The position numbers and the translations under genes were made by a program. From positions 32,798,001 through 32,862,000 of the forward strand of contig OX597824.1 of NCBI GenBank assembly GCA_951406725.2: a stretch of DNA of 64,000 nucleotides, read 5' to 3'. The notes under the pieces were generated by a model. The model searched no databases. It had not been told where the DNA came from and saw only the letters and a list, made by a program, of their open reading frames with translations. The stretch comes from Octopus vulgaris (taxonomy: Eukaryota). This document shows positions 54,253 to 64,000 of this stretch, in pieces (within the stretch, counting starts at the first letter, position 1; every line of letters starts with the position of its first letter).

Positions 54253-54730
54253 CTTGCTCGCTTAGCCAGCGGGGTTGCGTCATTTGAAGGCTAAAACAAT
54301 ACGAAGCGCATTGTGACTAGTGATGTGTACCAACATCTGATAGCCTGGTCCGACACGGTGATCCCGATGAATATATATATGTGTATATATATATATACAT
54401 ATATAAGAAGGGCTTCTTTCAGTCTCCGTCTACCAAATCCACTCACAAGGGTTTGGTCAGCCCGAAGCTATAGTAGAAGACACTTGCCCAAGGTGCCACG
54501 CAATAGGACTGAATCTGGAATCCTGTGGTTCGTAAGCAAGCTACTTACCACACAGCCACTCCTACGCCTATGTAAGTAAACCATTAAATAAACAAATAAA
54601 TAAATAATAAATTGATTTTTTTTTCAATGAATTCTTTGAAATTATGGCAAACTGTATTCGATATAAAGCAATAACATTCCAGAAGCAGGAGTATAAAACA
54701 AGCTGATTTTTTATTCAAAGTAAGAAACGC

Positions 54731-54780
<50 letters not shown>

Positions 54781-55184
54781 TGCTGCTGTGATGTTATCAT
54801 AATCTATGCATTGTGTAATTGTTAGCTAGTGTTCCTAATGAGCCACCACGTAAGATTAACCTTTAATCAAGGAGATATATAATCAGGAAAACTGCTACAA
54901 AGTTCGTAATTACGAAAATAATAAACAAAGACAAACTCCAGAATGTTCTTCGCTACGCTGTATAAAAAGCTTCACTTTTGTTAACGGTGCTTATTATATG
55001 AGCTACCTAACGGCATTTAAGGAAAAATACTCGTCGTATTTACCTCACTTAATAGAGTGAATACTTAATCCCCGTCCATGTGCTGCAAGGATAATTTTCA
55101 AGATCAATTTAAAATAAGAAGCTTTTCGAGCAATCAGTTAACAGACTTGACATCTGACCGTGAAAGAAAAAGAGTTTTAGCGAG

Positions 55185-55215
<31 letters not shown>

Positions 55216-55468
55216 TATATACATACATGTATGTATGTATGTATGTATGTATGTATGTATGTATGTATGTAGGTATGGGTGTGTGTATGTATGTATGTAT
55301 GTATGTATGTATGTATGTATGCATGTATGTATATATGTATTTGTGTATAACAAAACACGAAAGTGTAATTTTGGGGTATTATTTATTCTCCATTACAGGT
55401 GTTTCATTTGCTAATAGGAATAACAAAGATTCACATACAGTTCTATATTTAAGAGATAAGAAAATGTG

Positions 55469-55692
55469 TACATTATTTACATTCGACGAATATTTGTCAT
55501 CATTTTGTTTGTTGTTAACACAACGTTTCGGCTGATATACCCTCCAGCCTTCTTCAGCCTTCTTAGGAATGAAAAACCCAGGTTCTAAATTTCCCCAAGA
55601 CACCTGATGAAGGCTGGAGGGTATATCAGCCGAAACGTTCTGTTAAAAACAAACGAGATGAGGACATTTATGTGTCGAATGTAAATAATGTA
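55469..55692. mobile_element. inverted pair of Penelope-like terminal repeats, each with a hammerhead core
   Basis: CTGATGA-A-GGCTG..CAGCC-GAAACGTT at 55604-55639 (+) and a CTGAAGA version at 55517-55557 (-). Confidence 0.65.
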
Positions 55693-55940
55693 AGCAGATT
55701 CACATGTTTAATAGACTTTGGATACATATTGATTGTAATAATATATTAAGCAGATGTGCTTCAAGAAGAAACAGCTGGGATTTATCCTAACTACGTATAT
55801 GTGCAACGAACTATAAAATTATTATTACATATTTCTATACACGGAATGTATTACATAATATTGTATGAAATATGAAATAAAAAATGTTCCTTTACGGAAA
55901 CGATCATAATGCCGACATAATTTTTCCTTTCCTCATCTAA

Positions 55941-55990
<50 letters not shown>

Positions 55991-55991
<1 letters not shown>

Positions 55992-56545
55992 GAGTGAGAG
56001 AGCAATGCATGCCACCAAAGGGACACTGGGGCACAAATATACGAAGCCCAATATACCCATCATAATTACCTGTCTGATAAGGTAGCACCAGGCACATGCA
56101 TCACAACCTTATATACGTGACATGGTGATCTCATGTCGCGATAAACAGTGCATGAGCTTGCAGGTGGGGCCCAGTTAGAATCTTTCAGATCGAGTAGCCC
56201 ATCCAGCTTAAAAGGTCCCTGAATAAGGTTTACTTAAGGAAGATGAACAAAGCACCCATGTTTCCAGAGGTGAATTACTCAAACTCCAAAGAATTCCTTT
56301 CAACACACAGCTATGATGCTGCCCCACTACTCCTGCTCATGATCAAAGATGCACATATCATCATCCACTAAGGGACATGTTCAACTGGTTAAGGTCAAGC
56401 AACTGACAAGCAAATTTGTGGTATTGAACAGAATATTTGCTGTAGCCCATTTTTTACACCATGACAAAACAATGTGCATGATAACACTTCCAATCAGTTA
56501 AGATCAGAAGCCATAAGAGTGTCTGCCTGGATCAGGACATTTATT
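55991..56545 (-). mobile_element. family D (ATT)n-flanked element
   Basis: collinear with 18962-19520; bounded by (ATT)n. Confidence 0.8.
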
Positions 56546-56881
56546 ATTATCATTACTGTTGTTGGTGGTGGTGTTGTTGCTGTTGTTATTGTTCACTCTG
56601 TATGTCTTATTTTAAGCCAAGATCACATCTTGGAGTTATGAAGTGCTCCTCTTCCTATTGATCAGTGCCTGACCGATCTTCCTTCGAATATTGGAATACT
56701 ACGCTAACCAGGATCCGACATGTTGAGCAAATCGACAAATTCTTTGTAAGCCTAGTACTTATTCTATCGGACTCTTTTGTCGAACCACTAAGTTACGGGG
56801 ACGTATACACACCAGCATCGGTTGTCAAGCGATGTTGGGGGGACAAACACAGACACGCAAACATATACACACACACACATG

Positions 56882-56973
<92 letters not shown>

Positions 56974-57324
56974 TACGACGGGCTTCTTTCAGTTTCCGCC
57001 TACCAAATCCAATCACTTATTTTGGTATTGTTTGGTTTTCTTTATATGTAATTTAATTAGGATTAGATAATGCTTAAATATTGGTGTCTAGTTTGGGGAT
57101 GTTCTGAGGCATGTACAATTTTCTTTTAACTATTTATTTGTTTATTGCTCACTCGATAATATTCTTTTATTCTTTTACTTGTTTCAGTCATTTGACAGCG
57201 GCCATGCTGGAGCACCACCTTATTTTGATTTTAATCACCTTACTTTGAAATCGTATGCATAATACCGTACTAAATTCTGGTGCCTTAACTTAAGTACCAT
57301 ATTCATCTGAATCTAAATTTTTGC

Positions 57325-57361
<37 letters not shown>

Positions 57362-59705
57362 GACGGACTTTTTTCAATTTCCGTCTACCAGATCCACTCA
57401 CAAAGCTTTTGGTTGGCCCGAGGCTATAGAAGATACTCGCCCAACGTGCCACGCAGTGGGACTGAACCCGGAACCATGTGGTTGGGAAGCAACCTTTTTA
57501 CCACAAAGCCACACTGCACCCGTAAAAACAATGTAAACATCATTTTTAATGAGACTTTTCAGTCTGTCTTGATTCCGTCAATGTTTGTTCTTAAATTAAT
57601 TATGGAGAACAACAGAAAACTTTCCAGGCTTCAATCAGGCATTCGTGAGATTATTTAATATGAATTTCATCGATGAAAATATTTGTTCACAATTGCATGT
57701 CGTTCTGAACTCCAGGCAAATTTCATTAATTTTGAAAAATGTTTGCAGAACAATGGTCACCAGAAATTAATCAAATCGGCAACGTTTGAACCTGGGGGAA
57801 ATATATCAAATTTCATTCTCTGCAAGAAAGCTATTTTCAGTTAATAAGTTCTGGTTGTAAGTTGTTCGATATTACTGTGGTTTATTAAAGCGGGTGTGCA
57901 GGCTTCATAAGCAGACATGGCTGTGTGGCTGAGAAGCTCGGTTTGCAACAAACCGTGTGGTTTGGATTTCAGTCCCATTGCACGACACTTTGGGGAAATG
58001 CCTTCTTCTATAGCCCCGGGTCGATCAATGTCTTGAGAGTGAATTTAGTTAAAAGAAACTGCGTGGAAGCCCATCGTATGCATATATATGCGTGTGCGCG
58101 TGTGTGTGAGAGAGAGAGAAAAAGAGAGAGTGTGTTAGAGCGAGAGAGAGAGAGAAAGAGAGAGTATGTGTGTGAGTGTGCGTATAAACTCAATTCACAT
58201 CTGCTTCAGAGAATATAGGTGTGTGTGTTGTGTGTGTCTGTGTGTGTGTATGTGTGTATGTATCATACGCAGGCATATGTATACATATGCACACATGTAT
58301 ACAGATATAACATTTACACACATATACATATACTCATAAATGTATATGCATTCATTTATGCATGCACACATACTCGTATATACGCACACATACACCACTC
58401 TTCATTAGACCTTCATTTGGTCGACATGATTTCAAGTCCTAATTAGAACCACTCTAATTAATGTTTGATGTCTTAAAATGTTTGTTTTTATCCCAAATAT
58501 CCGTGCAGATAAATAGAATTAATTGTTTGGCGGGTCAGGTAGCTGGAGGGAAAGATTAATCAACCGGTATTTAATATTAACAGCATATAATACGCACACA
58601 CAATACATTTACGTGTGTATGTATACATACATGTATGCGTATCCATGTGTGTGTGCATGTGTATTCGAATCACAAAAGAACAAGACTTACGTAATCACAT
58701 TCAATAGCTTACTGTTGTTTCTGCTATAAGGAAATGTAGATCAATAGCTGAGTGCCTGTGTGGAATGTTATAGCTTCCTCAGAGCACTTTTAATGTCTGA
58801 CATTTCACAACTCCTCAGCGCCGGTCCTTACTAATACTGTGAATATAAGTATATTGAGATTTAACAACTAATTATTGGTACCGCTAATGTATTACAGAAC
58901 CCTAACATATATATGTATGTGTGTGTGTCTGTGTGTTTGTCCCCCACCATCACTTGATAACCGATGTTGGTGTGTTTATATCCCCGTAACTGAGCGGTTC
59001 GGCAAAAGAGACCGACAGAATAAGTACTACGCTTACAAAGAATAAGTACTTCGGTCAATTTCTGACACCCTTTAAAGTGGTACTCCGGCATGGCCGCAGT
59101 CAAATGAGTGAAACAAGTAAAAGGATAAAAGAATATATATATATAATACTAAAATTCAAATCTTGCTTGTCTTTATGTATATTCCTTACTTTAAACTTAA
59201 TCATGCATAGCTGAGTATAAAATGATTTTCGGCCAATGACAAAATTTCAATGAAAACTGAGCCACCAAATCGGAGAGCAATCACTGATGTTGCAATTAGC
59301 CGCCCAGCTGAATAAAAGTTCGTTATATGCAATAGAAGCAGTATTGTGTTAAAACTATCATTTGTGCCTAATTGCAACAGCAGTGGCTGTTCGATCGCCG
59401 TTTTCTTATATCAGTAGCACCAGATTTCGTCTGAGTATGCGGTTGGTAATGCGTTCATGGAACTGACAAAGTTTAACCAGGCAGAAATACGCATCAAGCA
59501 TTGTTACATGTGGCTGCAAGAATGAATTTTCGTTTGCTACTGATGTATTTGTAATTTTATACATAGTAGGTCCGTAAGAGATGTTGTATCTGAACCAGTA
59601 CCCCAGTATTGATATTAAATCATGATGCATTTAAATTAAATATTAGACACAAACGGCTATTACATTTTAATATTTCTACTGTTGCATATAACAGATACAT
59701 ACATA

Positions 59706-59798
<93 letters not shown>

Positions 59799-59811
59799 GT
59801 GTGTGAGAGAG

Positions 59812-60369
59812 AGAAATATTAAATTTCTAAATCTCTCATAGAGATATGTACGGTGGTGGGGCGATAGAATGGTTGTATACTGTCAATCTAACGTGAACGT
59901 GACAGTAGGGGTTACACCACCGCTGTTTAGCCCTAGGAAGCATCGACGCCTCCTGATGGCTTTGACACATTTTTCCTGTGTCCTTATATACATTTACGAA
60001 GGGGAGACAAACACCCCCAGCAGCCAGGCCTGCATCTAGAGACACGCATGTTTCAGGATCATTGTCCTTCATCGGTCTAGAGTAGCAGACGCCCGTCAGC
60101 TGTTGATATCTGCCTCGACTCGCAAATGTATATATCTAATTTCAGTGAAGTTTATTCACTGATTACCAAAATCAGAAATATTAAATTTCTAAATCTCTCT
60201 AGATGCAGGCCTGGCTGCTGGGGGTGTTTGTCTCCCCTTCGTAAATGTATATAAGGACACAGGAAAAATGTGTCAAAGCCATCAGGAGGCGTCGATGCTT
60301 CCTAGGGCTAAACAGCGGTGGTGTAACCCCCTACTGTCACGTTCACGTTAGATTGACAGTATACAACCA

Positions 60370-60372
<3 letters not shown>
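59812..60372 (-). mobile_element. retrozyme/Penelope-like element: 362-bp unit with 26-bp redundancy plus an inverted partial copy
   Basis: direct repeat 59812-59837 = 60174-60199; inverted repeat 59867-60042 / 60196-60372; flanked by (GA)n and (TA)n. Confidence 0.75.
60035..60081 (-). ncRNA. type-I hammerhead ribozyme motif (U4C variant)
   Basis: UCUAGA-CCGAUGA-AGGA caauga UCCU-GAAA-CAUGCGUG-UC-UCUAGA. Confidence 0.7.
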
Positions 60373-60413
<41 letters not shown>

Positions 60414-60430
60414 GTATGTATGTATGCATG

Positions 60431-60607
<177 letters not shown>

Positions 60608-60729
60608 CAATAAGAAACTGGAGGGGATCAATAGGTGGTATTCATCAACTTTTAGACATTATATTATGTCAATTTATTTATTTACAAAAAAGGACAATTA
60701 TAACAATATACATACATGTATAACATATT

Positions 60730-60780
<51 letters not shown>

Positions 60781-60964
60781 AAATATAAATATATCAGTAA
60801 TTATTAAAATATATTACATATAGCAATAGAAATTGGAATCCCAATTTCTATTGCTATATGTTATATATTTTAATACTTACTGCTATATTTATATATAAAT
60901 TGACATAATATAATGTCTAAAAGTTGATGAATATCACCTATTGATCCCCTCCATTTTCTTATTG
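60608..60964. repeat. AT-rich foldback
   Basis: CAATAAGAAA...GTCAATTTAT / ATAAATTGAC...TTTCTTATTG with inner arms ATATAGCAATAGAAATTGG / CCAATTTCTATTGCTATAT. Confidence 0.75.
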
Positions 60965-61163
60965 GTCTATGAATTAATGATAAAATAACTCTTTACCCTC
61001 ACCCATTTATTACACTCGGTAATGTAATTACCATGCAATGAAAAAACACTTGTGTATTAATAATTGGGTATTCTAACAGCAGTATATTGGATAGATATTA
61101 TCCCTTAGTTGGTTGGATTCACAACATCTGACTTTCTTGGAATTATATATATATATATATATA

Positions 61164-61231
<68 letters not shown>

Positions 61232-61400
61232 TGAGCATTTACAAAAAAAAAAACAAAAGGACGATGACGGGTGTGTTTAACGCTCGGGAAGTGCGAAAGT
61301 CTTTTACGTTTCGAGCCTACGCTCTTCGACAGAAATGAACACAGAAATAAACAGGATGAGAAAATAGAAAATGTTTAGTGGCTAGCGATCTATCATGGCG

Positions 61401-61512
61401 AAAGAAATCTAAAAATAAACTTAGCAATATTTGACCTTTTGCCTTCCAAAGCATTCTTATAACTTTTTCCGAGATGTCCAAGTTTGTTTCCAAATTTTTT
61501 AGTTAGTCTTTG

Positions 61513-61577
<65 letters not shown>

Positions 61578-62800
61578 AGATGTCAGAATGATATAGACGC
61601 CTCTGATGAGAACTCAGTAACGTTCGAAAATCGATTAAGGGTGTTTGTCGGTTTTTTAGTCTACGGAGAAATGGCTAAAAATTTGCCCTATTTATAATTA
61701 TATAAGATGGACAAAATTAGAGAACGTATAGTGTAAAATTCAAAAAAGTAAAATCTGCAACACTCCGATCAATGTAAACTAAGTTGACCTAACAGTACAA
61801 AGATTTATATTGAACCGTATGAAATTAACAATCATGGAAAGCCGACGTAAAGTTGATGTAAGTCTCAGAAAGCGAGCGGTCAGATTGAAAAAAGAAGGAA
61901 TGGCAATTTCTGCTAGCCAGAGACATTAACAGATCAAAGAGTATTGTTTCATGAATACTCAAGCTTTATCAGGAAGCAAGCTCGTTTGTGTCATTAGAAA
62001 AACGAAAGAGACCGTGTTTCGCAAGAGCCTGTGATTCAGCGGCAGTTATTAAAACTGGAGCAATCTTTCACTTTTAAGATGATTCACATATTGCCTACCA
62101 CGAGAGCCAACCAAATTGAACTTGCTTTCGTCACTGAAGAACACATGCGACCAGTTGTCGCTTGTTCAAAGTATGTGCTCATTGGCAAAGACTAACTTCG
62201 CTTTCCAGTTTTTCACACTGATGAGAGGTTTAGTGGCAGGAGAATGAGCATAAAGTCTGACTTCCTTCAAATGACAAGCCACAGTCTTCCGAGAGATATT
62301 CATTCCGTAATCACGATTTACTTGGCGAGAAATTCCTGCTGCAGTATCTTGCGAAACACTTGTCTTCCATGGTCTCTTTCGTTTTTCTAATGACACAAAC
62401 GAGCTTGTTTCCTCATAAAGCTTGAGTATTCATGAAACAATACTCTTTGATCTGTTAATATCTCTGGCTAGCAGAAATTGCCATTCCTTCTTTTTACAAA
62501 CTGATCGCTCGCTTTCTGAGACTTACATCAACTTTACGTCGGCTTTCCATGTTTGTTAATTCCCTATTGTTCAATATAAATCTTTGCACTGTTAGGTCAA
62601 CTTAGTTTACATTGATCGGAGTGTTGCCAGATTTTACTTTTTTGAATTTTACACCATACGTTCTCTAATTTTGTCCATCTTGTATAATTATAAACAGGGC
62701 AAATTTTTAGCCATTTCTCTGTAGACTAAAAACCGACAAACAACCTTAATCGAAACTTATTGGATTCTCTATCAGAGAATCTGTATCATTCTGATAGTCT

Positions 62801-62862
<62 letters not shown>

Positions 62863-62975
62863 CAAAGACTAACTAAAACATTGGAAACAAACTTGGACAT
62901 CTCGGAAAAAAGTTATAAAAATGCTTTGGACAGGCAAAGGGTTAAATATTACTAAGTTTATTTTCAGGTTTCTTT
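61401..62975. repeat. ~610-bp inverted duplication around a Tc1 transposase fragment
   Basis: 61401-62016 is inverted relative to 62368-62975; the spacer encodes, on the minus strand, KPLIS...L.FA..H...W..V.FSDESKFNL. Confidence 0.85.
61595..61646 (+). ncRNA. canonical-core minimal type-I hammerhead ribozyme
   Basis: AGACGCCU-CUGAUGA-GAAC ucaguaac GUUC-GAAA-AUCGAU-UA-AGGGUGUUU; palindromic AAUCGAUU stem III; UUA triplet. Confidence 0.75.
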
Positions 62976-64000
62976 TAAATTGAAGTATACAAGATTTTTT
63001 GTTGTTGTTATTTTTGTTTTTACATCAAATGTTGTGTATAAATAGCTCTAATTATAGCTTAACTATCTAAATAAAGGTAGATCTTCCGTTTGTGTTAGAT
63101 ATACTCTTTTAAACAGAACGAAATTGCATGTTAGTGTGGATAATAAGAATCCAATTACAATTCTTTCTGAAGCAATCACAACATATTTAGTGGTCTCCCT
63201 GCACAAGCTAACAAAGAACAAAATACATATTTCTCTATTTAACATAGAAAGTATGGGTTTCTCTTTATCTTTTATCTTTCACTTGTTTCAGTCAGTAGAC
63301 CGCAGCCATGCTAGGGTGCCACCTTGAAGAATTTTAAATCGAACTTATCGACCCCAGAACTTATTATTTGTTGTAGAACCTGGTACTTATTCTATCGGTT
63401 TCTTTGCCGAAACGCTAAGTTACGGGGGACTTATAAATACACTAAAACCGATTGTCAAGTGATGGTGAGGGACAAACATATGCACAAAGACACACACACA
63501 CACACGAACGAACACACATCATATATATATGTGTGTGTATACCATAGGTTTCTTTTGCTTTCCGTCTACTAAATCCACCCATAAGGCTTTGGTCAACCTG
63601 AGGCTATAGTAGAAGACTCTTGTCCAAGGTTATACGCAGTGCGACTGAATCCGGAACCATGTAATTGGGAAGTAAATTTCTAAGCACACAGGCACGCCTG
63701 CACCTATATTTCCAGGAAATTAGCTCTGTTGTAGGGATGACAATATTTAGACAGGATTGGAACTAAATGAGTCTATAGAGACAGAAAGCCTTAGTTTTTC
63801 AGAGGAAACTGCTGGAAATATAACTGCCTCCAAAAAGATAATTGTAAAACGGCTTAAAGATGTAGATTTTATCTGTAAATTATTTGCTACAACATCTCTG
63901 TTAATCCAGAAAATTTAAAGAAAAGTGGCATATGTTTTTTTACCAGGAATGGTAACTGAAATTCAGCAATGCTTTACAGAGTCTTCTGGAGCAATAAACC

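Overview
AT-rich, repeat-saturated animal genomic DNA. The SINE families, microsatellite load and transposon relics look like an octopus (cephalopod) genome; this is inferred, not verified. Credible protein-coding genes are two intronless paralogue pairs: a TPPP/p25-alpha gene (3254-3790) with a C-terminally remodelled duplicate (14222-14707), and two 87-aa InaF-motif-like membrane microproteins (36573-36836, 42975-43238). The rest is tRNA-derived SINEs, LINE fragments (Tx1, R4/Dong, CR1, RTE), a Penelope/Neptune RT fragment, a near-complete broken Chapaev3-type transposon, Tc1/mariner relics, Merlin-like MITEs, a Helitron derivative, foldbacks and microsatellites. Most ORFs in the supplied track are microsatellite or SINE artefacts. 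The most striking unannotated signal is about ten minimal type-I hammerhead ribozyme motifs with palindromic stem III, from several unrelated short elements and mostly beside microsatellites. Two lie inside 332-bp and 362-bp units with terminal direct redundancy, resembling retrozyme or circular-RNA footprints. One inverted duplication starts at the predicted cleavage site, and one motif carries a compensatory U3-A8 core. All alignments and folds were done by eye.
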